The notes under the pieces were generated by a model that saw nothing but the letters and a program-made list of their open reading frames with translations, was not told the origin of the DNA and did not search any database. Both the position numbers and the translations under genes were made by a program. Positions 31,106 to 41,620 of a DNA stretch of 64,000 nt are shown here, piece after piece (position 1 is the stretch's first letter; each line of letters begins with the position of its first letter). The DNA is from a bacterium BMS3Abin11 (GTDB taxonomy: Bacteria > Pseudomonadota > Gammaproteobacteria > BMS3Bbin11). The stretch is from the NCBI GenBank assembly GCA_002897635.1, contig BDTD01000011.1, positions 76,436 to 140,435 on the forward strand, given 5' to 3'.

Positions 31106-32908
31106 TTATTCCTGGCTACCACTCTGACCATCGCTGCCTTCTTTCTGCAGCGGTTTACGCAGCTTCAAATTCAATTCCTGTAGCTGGGCCGTATCCACTT
31201 CATTAGGTGAAGAAGTCATCAGACAGGCCGCTTTCTGGGTTTTTGGAAAGGCGATGACATCACGAATAGAGCTGGCACCCGCCATCATCGCGGTAATGCG
31301 ATCGATACCAAAGGCAATACCACCGTGTGGTGGCGCACCAAACTTCAGTGCATTGAGCAGGAAGCCAAACTTCTCATTTGCCTCTTCATTGTCAATACCC
31401 AACGCGGCAAAAACCTTTTCCTGTACGTCCTTCTTATGAATACGTATTGAACCACCACCAATTTCAGAACCGTTAAGCACCATGTCGTAGGAACGAGACA
31501 AGGCCGTCGCTGGATCGATCTCACCATCGGTTACCATTGGTGAAGTGAATGGATGATGCAAAGAAACGTTGCGTGCGGCTTTGGTATCATATTCAAACAT
31601 CGGGAAGTCGATTACCCACAGCGGCTGCCACTCACCTTCAACCATTCCGAGGTCATGGCCAAGTTTTTCACGCAGCGCGCCTAAGGCATCATTCACTACT
31701 TTGGCTGAATCCGCGCCAAAGAACAGCAGGTCTCCGTCTTCCGCAGCGGTACGTTCCAGGATTGCAGTGATCACCTCGTCCGGCAGGAACTTGAGTATTG
31801 GTGACTGCAGACCTTCACGTCCCTTTGCTACCTCATTCACTTTCACATAAGCAAGACCACGCGCACCATAGAGACCGACGAACTCGGTGTAGGCATCAAT
31901 CTTCGCACGTGACAGGCTGTTGCCACCCGGCACCCTCATAACCGCCACCCGACCATCGCTGGCCTTTGCCGGCGTGGAGAATACTTTAAATTCAACGTCC
32001 TGCATCATGTCTCCCAGATCCACCAGTTCCAGCGGAATACGCAGATCCGGCCGATCACTGCCGAAGCGTGACATTGCTTCATGCCAGCTCATCTGTGGGA
32101 AGGGATTCGGTAACTCAACATGCTGGATCTCGGCAAACAGATTCCGTATCATATCTTCCATCATATTCATGACGTCAAACTGGTCTATAAAGGACATTTC
32201 AATATCCAGCTGGGTAAACTCGGGCTGACGATCCGCGCGAAGATCTTCATCACGGAAACAACGGGCGATCTGATAATAGCGCTCGTAGCCGGACACCATC
32301 AACAGCTGTTTAAATAACTGCGGTGACTGAGGCAAAGCAAAGAACTCACCGGGGTAGGTACGACTGGGTACCAGATAATCCCGCGCACCTTCCGGTGTCG
32401 AGCGGGTCAGTATCGGTGTTTCAATCTCGATGAAATCCCTGTTTTCCAGGTAGCTGCGCAAGGAGCGTACTATTGCGTGACGTAAACGCATGTTTTTCTG
32501 CATGTGATCACGACGCAGATCAAGAAAACGATGGCGCAGACGTACCGACTCAGTGATATCGTCATCATCAATCTGAAACGGTAGCGGCTCGCAGCTGTTC
32601 AGTACTTCCAGTTCAGTGGTATAGACTTCAATTTTGCCCGTTGGAATATTCAGATTAACTGTGCCTTCAGGACGGTGGCGCACACGCCCTTTTACACGCA
32701 ATACATATTCATTGCGCACGTGCTCGGCCTGTTCAAAGGCAGCGACCTCATCTGGATCGAACACAACCTGGACAATGCCGGTACGGTCACGCAGGTCAAT
32801 AAATATAACCCCACCATGATCACGCCGGCGGTTGACCCAGCCGCATAATTCAACCGTGTCGTCTATGTGTTTTTCTGTGACTTCGCCACAGTTGTGTGTA
32901 CGCATCAT
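31106..32908 (-). CDS. aspS: Aspartate-tRNA ligase
   Basis: [21 protein letters not shown] and GAPPHGG motifs. Confidence 0.97.
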   Translation of the reverse strand: MMRTHNCGEVTEKHIDDTVELCGWVNRRRDHGGVIFIDLRDRTGIVQVVFDPDEVAAFEQAEHVRNEYVLRVKGRVRHRPEGTVNLNIPTGKIEVYTTELEVLNSCEPLPFQIDDDDITESVRLRHRFLDLRRDHMQKNMRLRHAIVRSLRSYLENRDFIEIETPILTRSTPEGARDYLVPSRTYPGEFFALPQSPQLFKQLLMVSGYERYYQIARCFRDEDLRADRQPEFTQLDIEMSFIDQFDVMNMMEDMIRNLFAEIQHVELPNPFPQMSWHEAMSRFGSDRPDLRIPLELVDLGDMMQDVEFKVFSTPAKASDGRVAVMRVPGGNSLSRAKIDAYTEFVGLYGARGLAYVKVNEVAKGREGLQSPILKFLPDEVITAILERTAAEDGDLLFFGADSAKVVNDALGALREKLGHDLGMVEGEWQPLWVIDFPMFEYDTKAARNVSLHHPFTSPMVTDGEIDPATALSRSYDMVLNGSEIGGGSIRIHKKDVQEKVFAALGIDNEEANEKFGFLLNALKFGAPPHGGIAFGIDRITAMMAGASSIRDVIAFPKTQKAACLMTSSPNEVDTAQLQELNLKLRKPLQKEGSDGQSGSQE

Positions 32909-32999
32909 TTCAATATTGCCTGTCTGCTGAAGGAATAACAAAACCGCTGACTCGTTAGAATCAGCGGCCTGATATTTTTAATGAAACATTAGAAAGCGT

Positions 33000-33260
33000 C
33001 TATTTTGACCCAGCCCCACTTGCGCTTGAAGCCACCTTTTTTTCCGGCTTTGCTACCTTTTTCTCCGGCTTTTTTCCTGAATTCTTGAAATCAGTCTCAT
33101 ACCACCCAGTTCCTTTCAAATGAAAAGCCGAAGCAGAAATCATCTTTTTCAATGCCTGCTTCTTACACTTCGGGCACTCAGTCAGTGGGTCATCGGAAAA
33201 TTTCTGGATAACCTCTAGCTGATGACCACATTCCTCACATTTGTATTCATAGATTGGCAT
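33000..33260 (-). CDS. FmdB family zinc-ribbon protein
   Basis: MPIYEYKCEEC...CPKC and LKGTGWYETDF; usual neighbour of aspS. Confidence 0.9.
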   Translation of the reverse strand: MPIYEYKCEECGHQLEVIQKFSDDPLTECPKCKKQALKKMISASAFHLKGTGWYETDFKNSGKKPEKKVAKPEKKVASSASGAGSK

Positions 33261-33387
33261 GTGTCTGTTCTCTCTGGGCTTTTGCCGGGTATTTATGCTT
33301 GATATGGTGACTTTTTTACCCTTTTTCAAGGATAAGTAGTTAATTATATATGGAAATTGGGGTTAACGCATCAGGGTTCTGGTTTTT

Positions 33388-33666
33388 GTGCTGGCGCACG
33401 GCTAATTTGTGTCCTTTCTGGCTAGTTCTTTCTTTTTTATTCATTTTCCTGAATTGACACGAGCTTTTCGTCCTTCATGGACGAGTTCATTTCTTTTCTA
33501 CGGACAAAAGAAACCGAACCAAAGAAAAGCCGCCCCGTTGTGTTGGCCTGCGGCTGCTCTGCGCGCTTCAGTCTGAACCGGGCGCGGTGAACTCGGGCTT
33601 CGCCCTCAGACATGCACCGCACTTATCCGGCTCAGCCTTCCAGTGCTCGACAACCCAAAAGGGGAC
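33388..33666 (+). repeat. Structured ~280-bp dispersed repeat, copy 1
   Basis: ~200-bp core near-identical to 38606-38880 and to the reverse complement of 44784-45058. Confidence 0.85.
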
Positions 33667-33742
33667 TAAAATCAGGGGAAAGAGGAAAGGTTAAAGGGGA
33701 AAGGAAGATCAAGGGTAACAACCATATCCTGAAAAAAATGGT

Positions 33743-33818
33743 GTAGGAGCGTCGCTCGGCGCGATTGTTACGGGATGGCACAATGTGAAAATAAATCGCG
33801 CCGAGACGGCGCTCCTAT
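33743..33818. repeat. GTAG-REP doublet, family 2
   Basis: GTAGGAGCGTCGCTCGGCGCGAT...ATCGCGCCGAGACGGCGCTCCTA. Confidence 0.75.
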
Positions 33819-34004
33819 CAATGTGCTTTTGGTTCTGGTGTTGATCTTTGGTCCCGTTCAGGCTTGCCGAGCAACTGTGTTCGAAATCAATCTTTTCTAG
33901 ACAGAAGCTGCAGTATTGGGCTCTGCAGAATTAAGTGTGGGCAATATGGATAATTTAATATAGAATAGTAATAGGTACTACTTAGTAATAACGAGGGCTT
34001 CACT

Positions 34005-34277
34005 ATGGCTACATCGGTTAAACTTGATGATGAGTTGAAAAATCGTATTCAGCGCCTTGCTGATACGCAACATCGCTCGGCTCACTGGGTCATGCGCGAA
34101 GCTATCCGTGATTACGTTGAGCGTGAAGAAGCAAGAGAAAGCTTTAAACAGGAGGCTTTGGCATCCTGGACTGCATATCAGGAAACTGGGCTACACCTAA
34201 CCAGCCAGCAAACACGCGATTGGCTTATTACGTGGGGGACAGATAAAGAAACGGAAATTCCCGAGTGCCACGAGTAA
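34005..34277 (+). CDS. RHH/CopG family antitoxin
   Basis: ATSVKLDDELK...RSAHWVMREAI. Confidence 0.88.
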   Translation: MATSVKLDDELKNRIQRLADTQHRSAHWVMREAIRDYVEREEARESFKQEALASWTAYQETGLHLTSQQTRDWLITWGTDKETEIPECHE

Positions 34278-34558
34278 TTTTCACTCTAGGGGCAGCGAAA
34301 GGATTAGAGCGCTGTAGATTATTTCTGGTAGAAAAAAATCCCCGGGCGAGCAAACGAGCCGGTCAAGTAATAGAGCGTGTATTCACATTATTGGAAACGA
34401 GTCCAGATATTGGCAGGCCGCTCAATAATCTGCCGGAACTACGCGAACTAACCATCACATTTGGAGATACTGGTTATGTGGCGCTCTATCGCCACGAACA
34501 AGTATCCGACACGGTGTATATCCTTGCTTTCCGCCACCAGAAAGAAGCGGGCTATTAA
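34265..34558 (+). CDS. RelE/ParE family toxin
   Basis: PDIGRP, RELTITFG and ILAFRHQKEAGY; overlaps the antitoxin. Confidence 0.88.
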   Translation: MPRVIFTLGAAKGLERCRLFLVEKNPRASKRAGQVIERVFTLLETSPDIGRPLNNLPELRELTITFGDTGYVALYRHEQVSDTVYILAFRHQKEAGY

Positions 34559-34604
34559 TTATAAGATTTTACACTGCCCTTCAGGCGGATGGGCAGCATC
34601 ACGA

Positions 34605-34771
34605 ACGATGGGTTTACCATCATGTGACGAACCGGGGCCACATTCGCAACGCAATTTTCCATGGAGCTGCATCTACAAATATATTTCTGATGGATTGGTA
34701 CGCGGAGATAAGGAAGTAAAAGCATTAGAAAAGCAACTTTACATTGTAAAATAGGCTTGACCTTGACCCGT
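34605..34771 (+). pseudogene. Internally deleted RAYT remnant
   Basis: YHHVTNRGHIRNAIFH followed by KEVKALEKQLYIVK*, matching both ends of 63393-63707. Confidence 0.65.
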
Positions 34772-35068
34772 TATCCTTCCCCCACTTATACCCGCCGCAT
34801 CTACGTCCGCAGCTTCCGTGCAAGTATCGGGCTTTGAAGATAATGGCCTTCTTACCCACTGCGACCGCCTAATATGCGATTTCTGTTCGTCAGGTCAGTG
34901 TTTTGCCTTCGGCTTTCTTCAGATTCCACCTCACGATAGACACCCTTGCCGTTTGGCTAATCGTTCCCCTTGCCGGGTCGATAGTGGACTTTCATCACCA
35001 AGTCATCCGACCGCCACCACACGTATCGGAACAGCACCGTAAGGCGCTACGCGCCATACTTGGCGCAC
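34772..35068 (-). mobile_element. Group IIC intron, 5' fragment without RT
   Basis: Begins GTGCGCC directly after a terminator; domain I-like sequence; truncated. Confidence 0.75.
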
Positions 35069-35071
35069 CAA

Positions 35072-35095
35072 TAAAAAACCCGCCGAAGCGGGTTT
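35072..35095 (-). terminator. Intrinsic terminator of the PEP-CTERM gene
   Basis: AAACCCGC-TTCG-GCGGGTTTTTT. Confidence 0.85.
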
Positions 35096-35103
35096 AGCAG
35101 GAG

Positions 35104-35820
35104 CTATGCAGATTTCCTTCTTCGGGCAAATCCCAGACCAGCAAGGCCGATACCAAAGAGTGCGAGGGTGGCGGGTTCTGGAACAGCTGGAACAGGAGCA
35201 GTTAGCAGGTAATTCACTTGATTCTGATAAAGCTGAACTTCGTCCGCGTAGCTAAGTGTGTTACCCAAAAATCCGTTGATGATCGTCGACCCACCGTTAC
35301 CAATAACTATGCCAGCATTTCCATCTTCAAAACTTGCCGCAACTACACTTCCAGTGTCTGGAAAAAAGCTACGAGAGTAAATGCCATATGTTGGATTAGT
35401 AAGGCTTAATATAGATGAACTTAAACCAGACGAAAACAATGATGTCAAAGTCAAAGTTCCCTGATTGGTATTTGCCTGAATAACATCAAATGCAGCATCA
35501 GCTTCCGTGAGCCAGTGGCCAAATATTGCGGCATCACCACCAGCAACATAACTACTCAAAGCGGCAGATCCTGTTGAGTGGCCGCTAGCATCGAATTGGG
35601 TAACAACGAGGTCCCAAGAGGTAGCTAGCTGGGTTACAAAGTCAGTGTCATTATTCACCCTTGTTACACTGAGTCCCAAACCACTTAAAGCGTCACCCCA
35701 TGTGTCAATACCTGAATACTCATAGTCATCATATAGAAGTATGGCTGCGTTAGCCGTATTCAAACCCGCTAGTAGAACTACCAGGCCCAGCAGAAACTTT
35801 AATCTTATTCTCTTAAACAT
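35104..35820 (-). CDS. PEP-CTERM sorting-domain protein (intact)
   Basis: Signal peptide; VPEPATLALFGIGLAGLGFARRRKSA. Confidence 0.92.
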   Translation of the reverse strand: MFKRIRLKFLLGLVVLLAGLNTANAAILLYDDYEYSGIDTWGDALSGLGLSVTRVNNDTDFVTQLATSWDLVVTQFDASGHSTGSAALSSYVAGGDAAIFGHWLTEADAAFDVIQANTNQGTLTLTSLFSSGLSSSILSLTNPTYGIYSRSFFPDTGSVVAASFEDGNAGIVIGNGGSTIINGFLGNTLSYADEVQLYQNQVNYLLTAPVPAVPEPATLALFGIGLAGLGFARRRKSA

Positions 35821-35886
35821 TCTTCTTTACTCCCTAAATTATCAGAACAGAATTTGTGTATATTATGTGTATGTGTAATATTGAAA

Positions 35887-35959
35887 GCAATATCCATGCC
35901 ACCATCTAATTTCAATGACTTATAACTACTTAATTTAAGAAGTGTAAAATATTCTGACA
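35887..35959 (-). promoter_or_regulatory. Sigma54 promoter plus enhancer (PEP-CTERM box)
   Basis: TGGCATGGATATTGC and TGT-N11-ACA at 35943-35959. Confidence 0.8.
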
Positions 35960-36108
35960 ATTTTGTTGCGTGTATTACGGTAATCACTTTGCTAAGTAGG
36001 ACGACTGCTAGATGAGTTCAGCGATTCCTGAATGTCTCTTGTGGGTCGAAGGACTAAACCGCTCTCGCGGTAACCCTCCATCAAGTTAATCGCCATTCGA
36101 TAACATAA

Positions 36109-37362
36109 GGGCACCTCTATTTAGTGCACTTTATGTTCATTTATCCGGAATGATTCTCATTCCTTGTTTAAATCTATTTCACAGGGATATTTTGTCGAGA
36201 TAACCCCGGTTTTTTGCTCAATTCTTATCGTTTTCCACTTGTTTCTGTTTTCAAGACACACTCATCCTCTCAAGATAACAGAATCGTCTCATGTTATAGA
36301 CCAGATTCATCATGCCAATCTCTGTTCTTGCACGAACTCGGCCAATCGAACGGATAGCCTTTTTTCGCAAGTTGCTTTGTGCACCAAAAACATGTTCTAC
36401 ACGGCACCGTGTTTTTGAACGGGTATGGTTTCCCTGCTTCTCCCAGTTCGTCAGCTTCTTATTCTTGCAGCCTTTTCGTTGAACCTTGCTACGATAACCT
36501 GCCTTCTTAAGACTCGCCTCTTGCTCCGTTGAACGATAAGCACTGTCTGCCCAAACATCTTTGTTGCTATTGCCTTCATCTAACAGTTCATCAAAAACAT
36601 TCGAGTCATGAACATTCGAGTCATGAACATTGGCCTCGGTAACGTCATAGTCGCGTATCAGCTTATGACCATTATCAATCGATATATGGTTCTTGTAACC
36701 ATAGCTGTGTTTACCGTTCTTTTGCGTCCAGCGGGCATCCGTGTCCTTTTGCCTGCGCTTGTGACTATCCCAGTCCTCTGGAACATCATTTTCTTTGATC
36801 TGTTTGTTTTCTTCCCGGGTGTTTCGCTGAATGGGCACCTGGATTAATGAGGCATCAATGATCTGTCCTTTACGAGCAAGGTATCCTGCCTGGTTCAGTT
36901 GTGCAGTAAAAGCCTTAAACAAATCATCAAGAAGTGTTAATTCGGACAACCGATTTCTAAAAGCCCAGAAGGTCTTCGCATCGGGCGAACGCTGATGATT
37001 GTTCAACCCCAGGAATCTTTGAAAACTACGCCGGTCTTCAACCTGAAATTCAAGTTGGTCATCACTAAGACCGTACAAACTTTGTATCACGAGACCTTTA
37101 AATATCATCACCACATCTTTACGCGGGGCACCCAATTTACTCTTACGTTTCGTTTGCTGTGCTTTATCAAGTAAAGGTCTAAAAGCTTCCCAGTCAATGG
37201 CTTTGTCAAGTTCAAGTAAGGGATTGCCTAACTTGTCCAGGCGGATGTCCTGGGCGTCAAATAAGGAGCCAAATATGTCTCGGGTCATTCGAAATCCTCT
37301 GCAAGTTGGTTGAAGTTTGTAGCTTGGTATTTTAGCATTTATGTGACTAAATAGAGATGCCC
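36109..37362 (-). mobile_element. IS5 family insertion sequence
   Basis: TIR GGGCACCTCTATTTAGT / ACTAAATAGAGATGCCC; ATAA duplication. Confidence 0.92.
36251..37288 (-). CDS. IS5 family transposase
   Basis: IIDAS, YGYKNH, WADSAY and RCRVEHVFG motifs. Confidence 0.92.
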   Translation of the reverse strand: MTRDIFGSLFDAQDIRLDKLGNPLLELDKAIDWEAFRPLLDKAQQTKRKSKLGAPRKDVVMIFKGLVIQSLYGLSDDQLEFQVEDRRSFQRFLGLNNHQRSPDAKTFWAFRNRLSELTLLDDLFKAFTAQLNQAGYLARKGQIIDASLIQVPIQRNTREENKQIKENDVPEDWDSHKRRQKDTDARWTQKNGKHSYGYKNHISIDNGHKLIRDYDVTEANVHDSNVHDSNVFDELLDEGNSNKDVWADSAYRSTEQEASLKKAGYRSKVQRKGCKNKKLTNWEKQGNHTRSKTRCRVEHVFGAQSNLRKKAIRSIGRVRARTEIGMMNLVYNMRRFCYLERMSVS

Positions 37363-37453
37363 ATAAAGGTTTCAACTTACCCGTGTCAGCCGGGTCTAAA
37401 TCTATGCTGAGTATTGAGGCATGTTGCCTCAGCTCATTCATAGGAGAAGACTC

Positions 37454-37672
37454 ATGACACAGATAAAAGAACCCATCAGCCCGTTACGTCAACGCATGAT
37501 TGAAGACATGTCGTTACGCAAGCTGGCACCCAAGACCCAATCCGGTTATATCCGGGTGGTTAAGAACTTCACCCATTACATCGGCCGTCCGCCGGATACC
37601 GCAAGCGCAGAAGACCTACGTCATTATCAGCTACATTTGAGTATCCCGGGTCGGACCATCACAGGCCGTTGA
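37454..37672 (+). pseudogene. Tyrosine recombinase N-terminal fragment
   Basis: SPLRQRMIEDMSLRKLAPKTQSGY...LRHYQLHL, truncated at a GGGTCGGACC motif. Confidence 0.8.
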
Positions 37673-37696
37673 TATTTAATACTATTTCGACATTAA

Positions 37697-38467
37697 TCAG
37701 TCAACATTTTGGCTTAGAAGGTTCTTTTTGGTACCAAAATGGGCGGTGTAAGCACATGTCCGCTCCTTGATCTGGTACAGGTCCGCACTCTGGTGGACAG
37801 ATCGCCCTTTAGTCTTGATGCTCATTTGTTCTATTACGTTCTTGACAAAAGTCTGGCTACCCACTGCCACACTCTTACTCCAGATCTTCTGGCGCTGGCC
37901 ATCGTTCTTGCTCAGTGTTTCGTTAATCCATTTTTGATGGTGGACTTGCAGGCGTAATTCATCTTTCAGCCCCAGCAGCAATGCCAGGGCAACCCTGTCG
38001 ATGATGCGGTAGCGCTTTGGCGGCGACTGGATCTCGTGGTAACCACTGTGTTTCCACTCGCCGGGATGTGTGACTACACCCGCGCGCACCATATTCATGT
38101 CAACATAGATAAGACACCTTGCCAGGTATTCATCTGTATCCATGGCAGTAGCAAAATAACGATCTTCCCAGTAGGCCCCCTTTCGCTGTTTGCGCTGGTT
38201 GTATTCCTGTGCGGTACGCCCCGCAATGAGCTGCATGCTTCTGGAAATAACATTATCGCCCGTATCCATTATTACGAGCAGATGGATATGGTTCGACGTG
38301 ACAATATAGTTCAACACACAAAACCCATAGCGCTTCTTCGCCTGGAATAACCAGTAGCACCATCGTTCACGGTCACGGCTAAACTTCAGAAGAAATTCCC
38401 ATTTATGACAACGGCGTGTGATATGCCAGACGTGGCATGGTAGTGAGTGGCGATTGGCTCTTGGCAT
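37697..38467 (-). CDS. REP-associated tyrosine transposase (RAYT/TnpA-REP-like HUH protein)
   Basis: WHITRRC, NHIHLL and IYVDMNMVRAG; bounded by GGGTCGGACC (37648) and GGTCTGACCCC (38574). Confidence 0.85.
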   Translation of the reverse strand: MPRANRHSLPCHVWHITRRCHKWEFLLKFSRDRERWCYWLFQAKKRYGFCVLNYIVTSNHIHLLVIMDTGDNVISRSMQLIAGRTAQEYNQRKQRKGAYWEDRYFATAMDTDEYLARCLIYVDMNMVRAGVVTHPGEWKHSGYHEIQSPPKRYRIIDRVALALLLGLKDELRLQVHHQKWINETLSKNDGQRQKIWSKSVAVGSQTFVKNVIEQMSIKTKGRSVHQSADLYQIKERTCAYTAHFGTKKNLLSQNVD

Positions 38468-38605
38468 AACACTTCATCCTTAAAGTTGTTATTTTGTAAG
38501 GGGAATGGGCCTTTTAAGGCATGAAACGGGCCAATTCTAGCTCCATTATTCTATCTTATCAATGAGCTGGCTTGGTCTGACCCCAATGGTCTTTATTTTA
38601 GTAGT

Positions 38606-38880
38606 GTGCTGGCGCACGGCTGGAGGTTGTCCTTTTGGGTGTGTTTTCTTTTTTTATTTGATTTCTTGAATTGTTATGCGCTTTTCGTCCTTCATGGACG
38701 AGTTCATTTCTTTTCTACGGACAAAAGAAACGAACCAAAGAAAAGCCGCCCCATTGTGTTGGCCTGCGGCTGCTCTGCGCGCTTCAGCCTGAACCGGGCG
38801 CGGTGAACTCGGGCTTCGCCCTCAGACATGCACCGCGCTTAACCGGCCCAGACTTCCAGTACTCGACAACCCAAAAGGGG
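38606..38880 (+). repeat. Structured dispersed repeat, copy 2
   Basis: Near-identical to 33388-33666. Confidence 0.85.
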
Positions 38881-39197
38881 ATGAACATCAAAATCGGTGC
38901 TAAGGCCCTTACCAATGGTAATTTGAACAGCTGCTTCCGGCCAAGATAAGTTGTCAGGTGTGTACTAACTCCGTCCAGACTGACGCTGCTAAACCGGCAA
39001 CCCGGTGTTTACTCGATCCCTGCCGGGAAACCCCAAATCAAATCCCCATAGCACGATGTTCTACACCAGCCGCATGGCTTCCCCCCGCGGTTTCCTCCCT
39101 CGAGGTTTGTCAGACGCCTGCCCGTTGAGTGCGTGATGCGCTGACAGGCCGGTGGTTGGGGGCAGGCATCTTACAACCCTTAACAACTGCGGACGTT

Positions 39198-39283
39198 TGA
39201 TAACGCCTTGCACACCGGCAGCATAAAGCAGAGCGACGAGGAACGGCGCTTTTTGCCGTCCGAGTGGATTTGTCTTGTTATGT
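39198..39283 (-). other. attC-like integron cassette recombination site
   Basis: ACATAAC...imperfect palindrome...GGCGTTAT downstream of 39314-39691. Confidence 0.7.
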
Positions 39284-39313
39284 GTATTTATCAAGTGCAT
39301 TGGTGTTTTGTTA

Positions 39314-39691
39314 TTACTGACAAATTGCTGGACAATTTTTACCCCCGCCATATCCAGAATAGCAAGGGCCACCATAGCCGTCATAACATGACCCACCATA
39401 GCCACTGTACGCACCACCACCATATCCCTTATTAGCACCACCACCATACCCTTCATATTTAGGTCCTCCATATCCTTTATATTCAGGACCACCGTAGCCC
39501 TTATATTTGGGGCCTCCGTATCCTTTATACCTAGGGCCACCGTATCCTTTATATGCACCACCACCGTAACCTTTATACTCGGATCCACCGTATCCATCGT
39601 AACAAGGGCCGCCGTAGCCTGCATAACCTTTGCATTCTGCAAGCGCAGAATTGAAGTAAAAAATAGACAAAACGAGTATTAGCGTTTTCAT
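39314..39691 (-). CDS. Secreted Gly/Tyr octapeptide-repeat protein
   Basis: Signal peptide, 12 YxGYGGxx units, 6 Cys, RBS GGAGG. Confidence 0.8.
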   Translation of the reverse strand: MKTLILVLSIFYFNSALAECKGYAGYGGPCYDGYGGSEYKGYGGGAYKGYGGPRYKGYGGPKYKGYGGPEYKGYGGPKYEGYGGGANKGYGGGAYSGYGGSCYDGYGGPCYSGYGGGKNCPAICQ

Positions 39692-39744
39692 TTTAACTTA
39701 CCTCCAAGGCGCTCAATAATGGGCATAGTAGAAGTTATGCAGAC

Positions 39745-40369
39745 TTATTTCTTCGAGCAAATACCAAACCAACAAGGCCAAGACCAAATAGTGCAAGGGT
39801 AACGGGTTCTGGAACAACTGTTACGTATGTACGAAATGAAGCATCTGCTCCGTAATTTCTAAAAAATTGCCATTGGCCAAAATTGACCCACAGCTCCCCA
39901 CCCAAATACTGATCACTATTATCATTTTGATAAATATAAGCACTATTACCAAAATTCCCTGTTACGCTTGTATTTATAAATATATAAAAAGTTGTTCTCC
40001 AAAAGAAACTGATATATCTGATAAATCAAAACCAATCCAAGTAAGCGGTTGCTGATTAATTAATGAACCTGTTTCATAAAATAAATAATTTGATTCAAAA
40101 TTATCTAGAGGGGCCCCATTCTCAGAACTTCTAGTTAATCCAATTCCATAAGACCTCGTTTCGCTTCCGTGCCCACTCAATTCAACTTCTAGTCTTGATA
40201 AATACCCATCAATGCCAACTGTAAATGATTGTGCTCCAGGAATCACAAGACCGACAGTAGTATTACCCTCAACTTCTTGATCAAGAATTGGCATGCTGAA
40301 TGAACTCAATGGAAAAAGAAGTATAGCCAAAATTGAACCTATTGATCTATAATTTTTAGTAAATTTCAA
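39745..40369 (-). pseudogene. PEP-CTERM protein, frameshifted near 39974
   Basis: Alternate frame continues to VVPEPVTLALFGLGLVGLVFARRK*. Confidence 0.85.
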
Positions 40370-40430
40370 TTTTTTCTCCCCTCTAAAAAGTTTGTTTTAA
40401 ACAACACAATAAATACTGTTTGAATAGTCA

Positions 40431-40503
40431 GCATAAATCATGCCACCAAATAACTTCAATGATTTATGGACACTCATTCTATGAAGTGTAAAGTATACTG
40501 ACA
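40431..40503 (-). promoter_or_regulatory. Sigma54 promoter plus enhancer (PEP-CTERM box)
   Basis: TGGCATGATTTATGC and TGT-N11-ACA at 40487-40503. Confidence 0.75.
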
Positions 40504-40643
40504 GTTCAGCGGTCCTTGAAGGTCTCAGTAGGGTCGATAGCGGCTGTCTGCGACTGAAGCCTGTGAAAAGCAGTTTCGTGCTGTATGAATTGGCGCTTAC
40601 CGGCCATATGTGGGCATTTAATATCAAGTTATGACAGGAACTC

Positions 40644-41438
40644 CTAACAATTTAATAACTTCAACAAGAAGGTCTTGGCTTTACAAATGAGTGATACGTT
40701 TGAATCAACATACTCTATTTCGACGCCTAATTCTTCAATCACCTGTATTATCAACGATGAATTGATACCCTTTCCTGTTGGTAAGAAATAACTAGTTTCT
40801 TCAATATAACTTTCACCATCCTCAATTTTCACAACCTGCGCTGGCATCAAATGCGTTTCCTGATTAGCAACCATAATTCCTGCAATATAAAAATTCTTGT
40901 TTTGAGTGTGTGCAATTACTGGCGCACCACTAGCACCCTGTAATGCAGGAAATGATGTGTTAAAGCACTGTGTTTTGACTTTTTCCGGATACTCGCTTTC
41001 GATATACCGCATTATGTTACCTTTGTGGGCGAATGGCTCAATTTTAATATGCTTGCCTCCTCCACGCTTTCTTTCAATTGATATTTGACTATATTCATAA
41101 CAGTAAACATCTGCATTAAGAGCAGGCTGCTGCTTAGCAAACTGTAATGGAATAGCACCTTCAATAGGTGCAATTTTGCAAATTGCAATATCATAGTCTT
41201 TGGATGCTACTATTTCCGAGATAGCCCAAATTTCAACACGCTTACCGGAGTTAAAAAGAAATGCATATTTAGCGAATTCATCCCGCTCACCAAGTTCAAA
41301 TATATGTTTGGCTGTGAGAATGTGTAGATTATTACTGGTTCCAATAAAGCAACCTGTTCCTAAAATCTCTTGTATAGGGTCATGTTCCGAGGCAATAACA
41401 ATCGGAACTATTGCTTTTTCTGGCTGAAAAGTATCCAT
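40644..41438 (-). CDS. Trypsin-like serine protease
   Basis: LTAKH, DIA and GASGAP triad motifs; no signal peptide. Confidence 0.8.
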   Translation of the reverse strand: MDTFQPEKAIVPIVIASEHDPIQEILGTGCFIGTSNNLHILTAKHIFELGERDEFAKYAFLFNSGKRVEIWAISEIVASKDYDIAICKIAPIEGAIPLQFAKQQPALNADVYCYEYSQISIERKRGGGKHIKIEPFAHKGNIMRYIESEYPEKVKTQCFNTSFPALQGASGAPVIAHTQNKNFYIAGIMVANQETHLMPAQVVKIEDGESYIEETSYFLPTGKGINSSLIIQVIEELGVEIEYVDSNVSLICKAKTFLLKLLNC

Positions 41439-41469
41439 ATTATCTATTTATCGTGAATGATGATTTCGC

Positions 41470-41620
41470 TGCGTATTCTGCTGAACGTGAACACCTATTC
41501 TGGTGATCGTGAACACCTGGTTATTCCACGTATTGGCTTAGGTTCATTTTACCCTCAAGTGTTCACGATCAGTCAACAATTGACTGTAATTTCCGCATAG
41601 ATTCTCCTTTTAGTTTGATT
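41470..41620 (-). mobile_element. IS21 family right-end remnant
   Basis: TGCGTATTC terminus, repeated CGTGAACAC boxes, IstB tail KLKGESMRK. Confidence 0.75.

Larger units (their letters stand above)
36050..39185 (+). mobile_element. Skeleton of an IS91-like element with a tyrosine recombinase gene
   Basis: GGACTAAACCGCTC start, integrase N-terminal fragment, AAATCCCCATAG...CCGCGGTTTCCTCCC end; ends recognised from memory of such elements. Confidence 0.5.

Noticed and set aside
33437..33622. Short ORFs here and at 38606-38949 and 44759-45171
   Set aside because: They are translations of the non-coding dispersed repeat.
34818..35097. Short + strand ORFs
   Set aside because: They are antisense to the group II intron RNA fragment.
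37289..37441. N-terminal extension of the IS5 transposase ORF
   Set aside because: It runs outside the element's terminal repeat.
39340..39630. 24-bp periodic repeat as a CRISPR array
   Set aside because: It is a coding octapeptide repeat with wobble variation, no spacers and no cas genes.
39061..39642. 193-aa alternative-frame ORF
   Set aside because: It is a shadow of the Gly/Tyr repeat gene and reads through the attC site.
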